Shown here: positions 8,986 to 16,236 of the stretch, in pieces | Layout of the letters: each line of letters starts with the position of its first letter | Numbering within the stretch: the first letter of the stretch is position 1 | DNA from: a bacterium | GTDB lineage: Bacteria > UBP7 > UBA6624 > JBBIMK01 | Assembly (NCBI GenBank): GCA_037444445.1 | Contig: JBBIMK010000002.1 | Coordinates: 1 to 32,000 of the forward strand | Direction: 5' to 3' | Length of the DNA stretch: 32,000 bases | Position numbers and translations under genes: made by a program | Notes under the pieces: model-generated | The model's database searches: none | The model's input: the letters and a program-made list of their open reading frames with translations, nothing else | Told to the model about the DNA's origin: nothing

Positions 8986-10684
8986 CTTTACCTCCTGCAC
9001 GACCAGGCACTTCTTCTACGAGGGTAATGACACTCCGCGGGCATTCTACGGCGCAGATGCCGCACCCTTTACAGAAGTCATAATTTATCAGGGGGGCATT
9101 ATCCGTCCAATCAATGGCGGCGTCGGGGCAGAAAAGCCAGCAGTTCCCGCAGGCATTGCAGTGCCCGCAGGAAAAGCAGCGGCTTGCCTCTGCCAGCACC
9201 TCCTGGAAGGTCAGCCCCCCCACCTCCTCCTGAAGATAAGTATGGATTCGCTTCGCCACGGGAATTTCTAATTGTTTGTGCCCCGGAGTCTGCAGAAAAT
9301 AATCAAAATTGATGGCTTTATATGGAACGGTTTTCGGTAATTTCTCCTCACCAGCGACCGTTTCGCCCCTAAAAAAAGCATCTATGGCGAAGGCAGATTT
9401 TCTCCCCCAGGCGATGGCTTCCACCACGGTAGAAGGTCCGTCTACAAGGTCTCCGCCTGCAAATAGACCCCTCACGGGTGTCGCACCTGTGTTTTTATTG
9501 ACAATCAGCCAGCCCTTCTCATTCAGGGCTTCTGAAGGAAAGATGGAAGTATCTGGATATTCGCCTACTGCTTTGATCACGGCATCAAAGTGGAGTTCGT
9601 ATTCGCTTCCCGGGACAGGAACGGGGCGTGGTCTACCGCTCTTATCCTTCTCTCCCAACTGCATTTTCACCATCTTGAGCACTATCCAGTTGTAGACCTT
9701 TTCTGCTGAAACAGGTGTGGTGAGAAAGAGGAATTCAATGCCATCCTCCCGGGCCCGTTTCAACTCTTCCTGCAATGCGGGCATTTCCTTTTCTGTCCGC
9801 CGATATAGAATAGTGGGAGTAGCCCCGAGGCGGAGGAGAGTTCGTGCCACATCCATAGCCACATTGCCTCCTCCAATTACTGCTACCCTTTCACCGGGTG
9901 GCTCCCGACGACCATGAGCAACCTCTTCCAGGAACCTCAACCCGGATATGAACAGGTCTTCCCCCGGAATTTTCATCTCTTGCTCTTGATGGGCTCCGAT
10001 AGCAAAGAACACCGCATTATGCTGCTTCATCAAAGCATCCACCGGGTGGCGACCATTCCCCACCTCCACCCCCAGCTGGAAGAGAATACCCATTCGCTTT
10101 AAGGACTCTATCTCTTTATCCACAATCATCGGCGGAAGACGATAGGCAGGGATGCCTTCTCGGAGGACACCGCCGGGGATTTGGCTTCGTTCGTAAACCA
10201 CCACAGTATGACCGAGTTTGCGGAGGTAATAAGCGGCGGTAAGCCCTGCCGGCCCACTCCCCACGATTCCTACTGTTTTCCCGGTTTCCTTCCCGGGAGG
10301 CGCTCCTTTTTTCTCCAGAGCATAATCTCCCATGAATCTTTCTATGGCGCGGATGGACACTGCCTCATCCAACCTTTTTCGGTTGCACCCCACTTCACAA
10401 TAATGGGGACAAACACGCCCGGTGATAGAGGGAAATGGATTTCGTGTAAGGATAATCCTCACCGCTTCGTCCATATTGCCCTGACGCAGGGCTGTGATGT
10501 AGTGAGGAATCGGGACATTTGCCGGGCAGGCGCCAATACAGGGGCCTGATTTTTCCATTAGAACAGGGCGGAGATTCCTCCATCCGGAGGTTTTTCCTGC
10601 CAGCGTTGTGCCGGTGGAGAAAGCCAGGTCGGGTAAATCGTGAGCACCTTTATATCTAATCACTTTTGACTTTCCTGTGTTCAT
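8978..10684 (-). CDS. PorD-type delta subunit carrying an internal GltD/NfnB-like FAD/NAD(P)H oxidoreductase module
   Basis: N-terminal PorD arm LAGKTSGWRNLRPV, then CIGACPANVPIP...GRVCPHYCEVGCNR. Dinucleotide folds GIVGSGPAGLTAAYYL and RVAVIGGGNVAMDVART, plus GLFAGGDLV. C-terminal Cys clusters CFSCGHCNACGNCWLFCP and CKGCGICAVECP. It occupies the porD slot. ATG 10684 is preceded by GGGGGTGAG; GTG 10696 is the alternative start. Confidence 0.75.
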   Translation of the reverse strand: MNTGKSKVIRYKGAHDLPDLAFSTGTTLAGKTSGWRNLRPVLMEKSGPCIGACPANVPIPHYITALRQGNMDEAVRIILTRNPFPSITGRVCPHYCEVGCNRKRLDEAVSIRAIERFMGDYALEKKGAPPGKETGKTVGIVGSGPAGLTAAYYLRKLGHTVVVYERSQIPGGVLREGIPAYRLPPMIVDKEIESLKRMGILFQLGVEVGNGRHPVDALMKQHNAVFFAIGAHQEQEMKIPGEDLFISGLRFLEEVAHGRREPPGERVAVIGGGNVAMDVARTLLRLGATPTILYRRTEKEMPALQEELKRAREDGIEFLFLTTPVSAEKVYNWIVLKMVKMQLGEKDKSGRPRPVPVPGSEYELHFDAVIKAVGEYPDTSIFPSEALNEKGWLIVNKNTGATPVRGLFAGGDLVDGPSTVVEAIAWGRKSAFAIDAFFRGETVAGEEKLPKTVPYKAINFDYFLQTPGHKQLEIPVAKRIHTYLQEEVGGLTFQEVLAEASRCFSCGHCNACGNCWLFCPDAAIDWTDNAPLINYDFCKGCGICAVECPRSVITLVEEVPGRAGGKDV

Positions 10685-11294
10685 TATTTTTCTCACCCCC
10701 TGAAATCTGCCCGGCAGGGATGACCTCCCGTATGTCCGTTGTTGTCTTTACTGCTCCGTAGGCCTCCTTTGCCGCATTCACATTTTCCTCCGGTTTTACG
10801 GGAACGGATTCCCGGATGGCGGTTAAGAGGCTATTCAGGGAAACCAGGCCAGTAATGCGAGCGAAGGCTCCAGTGATGGCGGTATTCACGATGGGTGCGG
10901 CTTTCGTCCCCAGCCCATGCTTCCGAGCTATCGCAGAGGCATCCACAGTGGCAACCTGAAAATCCCCGGTGATGGGTAAAGATTCCGGCGGTAGAGCGGT
11001 GTTGATTAGCACCCAGCCGCCGGGTTTCAAACCTTCTAAAACATTAATTGCCTCCAGGAGTGCCGGGTCCAGCACCACCACATGGTCAGGCTCGTAGATG
11101 TTACATCGGACGATATAAGGGTCATTTTCCTCCGCGATGCGAATAAAGGCGCTCACGGGAGCCCCCCGCCGTTCCACCCCGAATTGAGGGAATGCCTGCA
11201 CCTGCTTCCCATCCAGGAAGAGGGCATCTGCAAGTATCTTCGTGGCAATCACCGCTCCCTGCCCCCCTCTGCCGTGCATCCGAATTTCTATCAT
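10656..11294 (-). CDS. porG: 2-oxoacid:ferredoxin oxidoreductase gamma subunit
   Basis: MIEIRMHGRGGQGAVIATKILA is a typical gamma N-terminus. ATG 11294 is preceded by AAAGGGGGA. The upstream 9 codons of the track ORF are discarded. Confidence 0.85.
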   Translation of the reverse strand: MIEIRMHGRGGQGAVIATKILADALFLDGKQVQAFPQFGVERRGAPVSAFIRIAEENDPYIVRCNIYEPDHVVVLDPALLEAINVLEGLKPGGWVLINTALPPESLPITGDFQVATVDASAIARKHGLGTKAAPIVNTAITGAFARITGLVSLNSLLTAIRESVPVKPEENVNAAKEAYGAVKTTTDIREVIPAGQISGGEKNNEHRKVKSD

Positions 11295-11464
11295 CTGCTC
11301 ATCCCCCTTTTCCATTTTCATTCAACATCATTTGAGCCATTTATAAAATGATAAATATCAGAATTTTGCCACCCGCCAGTTACACAGATATTCTTTTTCC
11401 TTGACAAAACCAAACATTTTTAAGTTTCTTTCTCATCGTTACTATCACGGTTTTATCCGGCTGA

Positions 11465-11493
11465 TTGACTTTTTATCTAAATCCCCTTATACT
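11465..11493 (+). promoter_or_regulatory. Sigma70-like promoter TTGACT-N17-TATACT, predicted TSS near 11500
   Basis: -35 at 11465-11470 (5/6 match), exact 17-nt spacer, -10 at 11488-11493 (5/6 match). Sits in an AT-rich gap and points away from porG toward the 3' end of the ABM gene. Confidence 0.4.
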
Positions 11494-11499
11494 TGAAAA

Positions 11500-11667
11500 T
11501 TGGATGAAAGAGGTCAAGATTTATTGTGTATCGGGTAGAGCTCCAGTGCAAGTCCATCTTCCCTTCCGCCCATAAATCCCCCTGCTCCTCTGCCGGTGGT
11601 AGAAAAGAAGTAATCCCTCCCGTCCAGGGTTCGTTGCCTGATTGCAGTCGCTTGCCCCTGGTTTTCT
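11500..11667 (+). ncRNA. Candidate ~165-nt small RNA (unclassified), bounded by the promoter above and a hairpin plus U-run
   Basis: No credible ORF. A 7-bp helix forms between GGUAGAG (11534-11540) and CUCUGCC (11588-11594). Three C/U-rich tracts at 11558-11571, 11577-11591 and 11612-11625 include CCCUCCC. The terminal stem CCAGGG (11624-11629) / CCCUGG (11656-11661) is followed by UUUUCU (11662-11667) and ends 5 nt before the convergent ABM stop codon. Confidence 0.3.
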
Positions 11668-11671
11668 CGGG

Positions 11672-11986
11672 TCACTTCGGTGATGCCGGGGAACCTTCTT
11701 CAATCAGTTCATAGATTTCCAGCACATTCTGACCGGCAAAAATATCGGGATTCTTCGGACTCGCGTGGGCTTTATGGAATGCTTCGCTTTCAGTCCATTT
11801 TTGAAAGGATTCCATATCTTTCCAGTAGCCCCGAATGATATAGAAATCGCTCCCCACAGGGCGCAGGAACTCAAAACGGATGAATCCTGCTATGTCTTCC
11901 ACAAGACGCGGGCGTTCGGCCACATATTTTTCAAACTCCTTCTCCCGTCCCTTCACCACCGGTATCCGATTATCCACGATTATCAT
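11672..11986 (-). CDS. ABM-domain (antibiotic biosynthesis monooxygenase / IsdG-like) protein
   Basis: Real start is ATG 11986 (MIIVDNRIPVVKG...). Ferredoxin-like ABM pattern GFIRFEFLRP...YIIRGYWKDMESFQKWTESEAFHKAH. The upstream 91 codons of the track ORF overlap DUF72 in another frame. Confidence 0.8.
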   Translation of the reverse strand: MIIVDNRIPVVKGREKEFEKYVAERPRLVEDIAGFIRFEFLRPVGSDFYIIRGYWKDMESFQKWTESEAFHKAHASPKNPDIFAGQNVLEIYELIEEGSPASPK

Positions 11987-12042
11987 CCTCTCATCACCTT
12001 TTTCAATTCTATCACTCAGGGGATAAAAAGAGGAGCAAGGTG

Positions 12043-12810
12043 TTAGAGGAGGATGCGCTTCAGAGCGAGGGCGTCGTGAATGGCGTCGCCGCCCGCATCG
12101 TTGTTGAAGTAAATGAAAGTTGAACGCCCTGCCTCTCGCTTGCCTTTTCCCACTTGAGCCATATTTTCTTGAACCCAGGTCGCCCAGGATTGAAGGTCTT
12201 TTCGGGAATATTGCCCATAGTATAAGCCCTGACTTCCGTGGAAGCGAACATAGATGCATTTGCCAGTTGCAACTCTTGGTGTATCCATAAACGGATGGTG
12301 ATATGAGACGAAGCCAGCCTCTTTTCGGTCAAGAGTTTCATAAACATCTTCTTGAAACCAGGAGGGGTGGCGAAATTCAAAGGCGAACAGGATGTCATCG
12401 GGTAGGGAAGTTAAAAACTCCTGAAGTCGTGTCAGGTCTTTTATCCAGCCCGGCGGCAGTTGAACGAGGATACAGCCGAGTTTATTTTTCAACAGGCGAG
12501 CCTGTGTTAAAAATCTGGACAGGCTTTTTTCCACCTCCTTGAGTTTCTTTAGGTGCGTGATGAGGCGAGGCATTTTGAGAGTATATAAAAACCCCTCGGG
12601 CACCCTTTTTTGCCAGTTTTCAAAGGTTTTATCCTTGAAGAACCGATAGAAAGTGGCGTTTATTTCTACTGTGTTGAAGTGCTGTGCATAAAATTCTAAC
12701 GCCTGGCTCTGAGGCAGACCCTCCGGATAAAAGATTCCCCACCAATCCGAGTAAATCCAGCCGGAGGTGCCGATGCAAATACTTTTTATAGACTTCATTC
12801 CACATAGCAT
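12043..12810 (-). CDS. DUF72 (UPF0759, YecE-like) protein
   Basis: IGTSGWIYSDWWGIFYP...FYAQHFNTVEINATFY...LVQLPP...FEFRHPSW...YVRFHG is the hallmark DUF72 pattern. Alternative start at 12798. Confidence 0.85.
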   Translation of the reverse strand: MLCGMKSIKSICIGTSGWIYSDWWGIFYPEGLPQSQALEFYAQHFNTVEINATFYRFFKDKTFENWQKRVPEGFLYTLKMPRLITHLKKLKEVEKSLSRFLTQARLLKNKLGCILVQLPPGWIKDLTRLQEFLTSLPDDILFAFEFRHPSWFQEDVYETLDRKEAGFVSYHHPFMDTPRVATGKCIYVRFHGSQGLYYGQYSRKDLQSWATWVQENMAQVGKGKREAGRSTFIYFNNDAGGDAIHDALALKRILL

Positions 12811-12921
12811 TTTATCTCAATGGGTTTTCCCTGGGCGAAGATTGTTTCACCTTCGGCTCGCGAGGAGAGGTGGGAGACAATTATCAGATGGTGGCAGGGC
12901 TAAGCCCCTTCTAACAGAGCA

Positions 12922-13665
12922 TTAGCCGAAGTATAATCCGCCATTCACATGGATAGTTTGGCCCGTGATGTAACCGGCTTTCTCAGAAGCGAGAAACGCG
13001 ATGAGATGGGCGATTTCTTCCGGCTCTGCGATACGGCACAGTGGGATGGTTTGACAGATTTCCTGCTCTTTTTCTTCCAGAAATTTTTTATTCATCTCTG
13101 TTCGCGTATAACCTGGTGCGACGGCGTTTACGGTGATGTTGTGCGGACCGAGTTCAAGGGCCAGGGAACGGGTAAGACCGATGATGCCAGCTTTGGTGGC
13201 TGAGTAATGGGCACCGTGAGCGGAGCCCACCGCCGCCCGGAGTGAACAAAGATTGATGATTCTTCCCCAGCCCGCTTTCTTCATCCCGGGGATGACGGCT
13301 TTTGAGCATAAGAAAGCACCAGTCAGGTTCACTCCTACAGCCCGGTTCCACTCTTCTTCCGGAAGGGTTTCCGTTGAAAAGTGAGAGGAAAAACCGGCGT
13401 TATTCACAAGAATGGCAACGAAGCCGAAAGCCTGCTGTGCGATTTTCACCATCTCTTCCACTTCATTGGATTTTGAAACATCGGCACGAATCGCTATGCC
13501 TTCTCCCCCTGTTTCTTGTATCTTTTTGAGAACTTCTTCCGAAGAATCCCTGCGCTGAAAGTAGTTCACCACCACTGGAATCCCTTCGCGGGCAAAAGTT
13601 ATAGCACTTGCGGCACCAATTCCACGAGAACTGCCCGTTACCAATGCACAGCCTCTTTTTTTCAT
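12922..13665 (-). CDS. Short-chain dehydrogenase/reductase (FabG-like)
   Basis: TGSSRGIGAA, NNAG and YSATK. ATG 13665 is preceded by GGAGGGTGA at ideal spacing. Confidence 0.85.
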   Translation of the reverse strand: MKKRGCALVTGSSRGIGAASAITFAREGIPVVVNYFQRRDSSEEVLKKIQETGGEGIAIRADVSKSNEVEEMVKIAQQAFGFVAILVNNAGFSSHFSTETLPEEEWNRAVGVNLTGAFLCSKAVIPGMKKAGWGRIINLCSLRAAVGSAHGAHYSATKAGIIGLTRSLALELGPHNITVNAVAPGYTRTEMNKKFLEEKEQEICQTIPLCRIAEPEEIAHLIAFLASEKAGYITGQTIHVNGGLYFG

Positions 13666-13701
13666 GTTGAATTCACCCTCCACTGATTTTCATTTTTGTA
13701 G

Positions 13702-13725
13702 GGCGGGATGCACCCCCGCCTTTAT
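13702..13725 (+). terminator. GC-rich hairpin (GGCGGG-7 nt-CCCGCC) followed by TTTAT on the plus strand
   Basis: Perfect 6-bp stem between 13702-13707 and 13715-13720. Lies between the tRNA-Ser 3' end and the SDR start. The U-tract is only on the plus strand, so a role as the tRNA terminator is doubtful. Confidence 0.25.
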
Positions 13726-13763
13726 GCCCCCATCTCTTCTCGCAGGGTCAAAAGAAGTCGTAT

Positions 13764-13848
13764 CGGAGGGAGGGGGACTCGAACCCCCAGGCCCTTCCGG
13801 GCTTACCGGTTTTCAGGACCGGCTCCTTGCCTGTTCGGACATCCCTCC
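13764..13848 (-). tRNA. tRNA-Ser, anticodon UGA (class II, long variable arm)
   Basis: 85 nt. Acceptor GGAGGGA/UCCCUCC, U8, D arm UCC-GAACAGGCAA-GGA, anticodon arm CCGGU-CCUGAAA-ACCGG. 17-nt variable arm with a GCCC/GGGC stem. T arm GGGGG-UUCGAGU-CCCCC, discriminator G. CCA is not encoded. Confidence 0.85.
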
Positions 13849-13856
13849 CATTGAAC

Positions 13857-13885
13857 ATTATAAGAAAATAAATCCGCAATTCTAA
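13857..13885 (-). promoter_or_regulatory. Possible tRNA-Ser promoter (TTAGAA-N17-TATAAT)
   Basis: Perfect TATAAT at 13857-13862 (minus strand) ends 9 nt before the mature tRNA 5' end. The -35 is weak (3/6 match). Confidence 0.35.
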
Positions 13886-14013
13886 ACTCTCATCATCCAT
13901 TTTGTTTTTTTGGAGTATTCACAGGGTGAATTCAGGAGTTGTTCAGGATTTCGTGCTTCGGGCTCGGAATTTCTACCCACGGGCGAGTGGATGGGTGGTA
14001 AAATAGAAAGAGG

Positions 14014-15459
14014 ATGAGGGTTCAGCCGACGATAGGGTTTGAAGTGCATGCCCAGTTGAAGACGAAGAGCAAGTTATTTTGCGAGTGCTCTACGGCGTTT
14101 GCGGCTTTGCCGAATTCTCTCACTTGTCCCGTTTGTCTCGGTTTTCCTGGCTCTCTGCCTGTGATGAATGAAAAAGCGGTGGAAATGGCAGTTCAGATTG
14201 CCCTTGCCTTGAATTGCCAGATTGCTTCAGAAAGTGTGCAAGCCCGAAAAAACTATTTTTATCCTGACCTGCCCAAGGGGTATCAAATCAGTCAGTATAA
14301 GATTCCGCTGGCAGAACGAGGAGTGGCTTACTTCTGGTTTCAGAATACTCTCCGAAAAGTAGAAATTCGGAGGGTGCAACTGGAGGAGGACACGGCGAAA
14401 ATGTTTCATCAGGATTCGGAAACACTGGTGGACTTCAACCGTTCAGGAATTCCTCTGGTGGAAATCGTGACAGCCCCTGATTTTACCTCTGCGGAAGAAG
14501 GAGTGGCTTATTTGAAAGAGTTGCGAAATATGATGAGAACCCTCGGCGTATGCGATGGAAATATGGAAGAGGGGTCTTTGCGCTGTGAACCTAATGTTTC
14601 TGTGGAAGTGGAAAAAGAGGGGAAAATTATTCGGGGACGAAAAGTGGAATTGAAGAATCTCGGCTCTTTCCGCGCGGTGGAATCTGCCATCCGTTATGAG
14701 ATTCAGCGACAATCTCAAATCCTTTTATCGGGTGGAAAAATCTCACAGGAAACCCGAGGATTCAACGACCGAACGGGAGAAACTTTCATCATGAGAGTGA
14801 AAGAAGAGGAAGAAGATTATCGCTATTTCCCTGACCCGGATTTACCTCCCTTAGAGATTTCTCCTGAACTGATTGAAAACCTTCATCAACGCATGCCGGA
14901 GCTGCCTTATCAGAAGCGCGAACGGTTTATCAGCCAGTTGGGGCTTTCTCCCTATGATGCGGAAGTTCTTACCTCAGATACACTTCTTTCTCAATTTTAT
15001 GAGGAAACCCTGAGGTATTTTCCGAAGGCTAAGTCCGTGGCTAACTGGCTCACCGGAGATGTGTTAGGACTGGCGAATCCCCGTGGAGGGCTTGACGCTC
15101 TTTCCCTTTCGCCTGCTTCGCTGGCACAACTCATCCAGTTCGTGGAATCCGGTGTTATCACCGGAAAAGCAGGGAAAGAGATTCTGGAACGCATGGCAAC
15201 AGAGGGAGGAATGCCGGAAGATTGGGTGAAGAAATTAGATGTGGGAAAAATCATTAACTCGGAAGAAATCGCCCGAATTGTCCAGCAGGCTTTAAGTGAG
15301 GGTGCAAGCATTGTTCAATCTTATTTGAAAGGAAAGGAAACAGCATTCACTGCCTTAATGGGATTGGTGATGAAAATCTCCCGGGGGAAAGCAGACCCTC
15401 AGAAGGCTCAAAGCATACTTCAAGAGAAATTACGGCAACTCAAGGAGGGAATTTTATGA
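14014..15459 (+). CDS. gatB: Asp-tRNA(Asn)/Glu-tRNA(Gln) amidotransferase subunit B
   Basis: TIGFEVHAQLKTKSKLFCEC, CPVCLGFPGSLPVMN, and a C-terminal YqeY/GatB tail (LMGLVMK...GKADP). 481 aa. Confidence 0.95.
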   Translation: MRVQPTIGFEVHAQLKTKSKLFCECSTAFAALPNSLTCPVCLGFPGSLPVMNEKAVEMAVQIALALNCQIASESVQARKNYFYPDLPKGYQISQYKIPLAERGVAYFWFQNTLRKVEIRRVQLEEDTAKMFHQDSETLVDFNRSGIPLVEIVTAPDFTSAEEGVAYLKELRNMMRTLGVCDGNMEEGSLRCEPNVSVEVEKEGKIIRGRKVELKNLGSFRAVESAIRYEIQRQSQILLSGGKISQETRGFNDRTGETFIMRVKEEEEDYRYFPDPDLPPLEISPELIENLHQRMPELPYQKRERFISQLGLSPYDAEVLTSDTLLSQFYEETLRYFPKAKSVANWLTGDVLGLANPRGGLDALSLSPASLAQLIQFVESGVITGKAGKEILERMATEGGMPEDWVKKLDVGKIINSEEIARIVQQALSEGASIVQSYLKGKETAFTALMGLVMKISRGKADPQKAQSILQEKLRQLKEGIL

Positions 15460-16169
15460 ACTGCAAAGTTTGGAAGTTGCGATGGTTCCTGGTGCTTCTT
15501 CTCGGCTTCTGTTTCCTTCAAGTCTCCACGGTGGCTCTCCAGCCAGAAGAAGAAGCCACCGTCATTACTCTTTACAAATTGGCACAGGACGCGGAAGCCG
15601 AGTTCTGGAGATTGGATAAAGAAAAAAAGGGGGTTACTCAAGCCAGTGTGGAACTGGACACTGCTACAAGTGTTTATTCGGAACTTTTTCTGCGGTTCGG
15701 GCATCTCCCCTCTCTCCAGCGGGCGATAGATTTGTTCCGCTACTCGGAGCCTCTGAAAAAATATGACATTACCCGCAAGGGATTTCATCCTACGGAGGAC
15801 ATTGAGATTTCCTCTAACTATATGTGGAATGTAAAAAACCCTCTCTTTAAGGAGAAATACCATCTTTACCTGTTTGATATTAGAAATTTGACGAACCGCT
15901 CCATTACTGCCAAAGTAACAGTGATAGAGATTCGCGATATAAACGGCAAAGTCTATACCAACCTGGATTTACGCTCTGACCCAGCATTGTGGGAATCGGT
16001 CAAAAACTCTCCTCAGTATTTCGCCATTCAAACCATTTTACCTGGAACGGATAAGAGTGTGAAAGCAGTGTTTATGCCGGTAAAAGCCCCCATAGCGGAG
16101 ATCCGTGTAAATCTGGGCAAAGACGGCTGGGTCAGGATACCTTATCTGGAGAACCTCTTTGGAAAGTAG
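15456..16169 (+). CDS. Secreted hypothetical protein
   Basis: ATG overlaps the gatB stop (ATGA). Signal-peptide-like WFLVLLLGFCFLQVSTVA/LQ. No motif I recognise. Confidence 0.6.
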   Translation: MNCKVWKLRWFLVLLLGFCFLQVSTVALQPEEEATVITLYKLAQDAEAEFWRLDKEKKGVTQASVELDTATSVYSELFLRFGHLPSLQRAIDLFRYSEPLKKYDITRKGFHPTEDIEISSNYMWNVKNPLFKEKYHLYLFDIRNLTNRSITAKVTVIEIRDINGKVYTNLDLRSDPALWESVKNSPQYFAIQTILPGTDKSVKAVFMPVKAPIAEIRVNLGKDGWVRIPYLENLFGK

Positions 16170-16178
16170 GGTGATTAC

Positions 16179-16209
16179 CGGCCGAAAATTTTATTTCTTC
16201 GGAAGGCCG
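16179..16209. other. Imperfect inverted repeat in the convergent gap between the secreted unknown and ribE
   Basis: CGGCC (16179-16183) pairs with GGCCG (16205-16209). An inner GAA/UUC plus AA/UU helix is also possible. There is no flanking U-run on either strand, so it is not a canonical intrinsic terminator. Confidence 0.25.
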
Positions 16210-16236
16210 ACTCCGGGGGACAACCTCTCTTCAGGG

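Noticed and set aside
11295-11460. Looked for the por operon promoter on the minus strand (TATAAA-like box near 11340-11345, TTGTCA near 11402-11407).
   Set aside because: No -35/-10 pair has acceptable spacing (12 nt, or a poor -10 of TGTAAC). A promoter surely exists here, but I cannot place it from sequence alone.
11500-11700. Tried to assign the structured GC-rich segment, on either strand, to a known RNA family: SRP RNA, RNase P RNA, 6S RNA, tmRNA, cobalamin riboswitch or TPP riboswitch.
   Set aside because: Hallmark motifs are absent. There is no GGAA-tetraloop helix-8 with flanking AGCA, no GGAAAGUCCGGGC, no tRNA-like 3' end, no B12 box and no CUGAGA...ACCUGA. Only a covariance-model search can settle this.
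11526-11714. 62-aa plus-strand ORF (GTG start) downstream of the 11465 promoter, considered as a small Cys-containing peptide or RiPP precursor.
   Set aside because: The Ser/Pro/Cys/Gly-rich composition looks non-coding. The SD spacing is poor (~12 nt). It runs antisense into the ABM gene past the terminator-like hairpin. There are no modification or maturation genes nearby. It is treated as part of the candidate ncRNA instead.
11987-12259. N-terminal 91-codon extension of the ABM-domain ORF (track ORF 11672-12259).
   Set aside because: The extension overlaps the 3' end of the DUF72 gene in another frame and is Arg/Ser/Pro-rich. The ABM domain begins cleanly at ATG 11986.
11672-13763. ABM-DUF72-SDR block next to tRNA-Ser considered as a tRNA-targeted genomic island.
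   Set aside because: There is no integrase or recombinase. I found no direct repeat of the tRNA 3' half in the window. The gene content is ordinary and the packing style matches the rest of the window.
13764-13848. Possibility that the class II tRNA is tRNA-Sec. The anticodon stem can be drawn with 6 bp by adding G26-U44, and it has a long variable arm.
   Set aside because: The anticodon is UGA (reads UCA, Ser), not UCA. The acceptor and T stems are 7/5 rather than 8/5. No selA, selB or selD genes or in-frame TGA genes are seen in the window.
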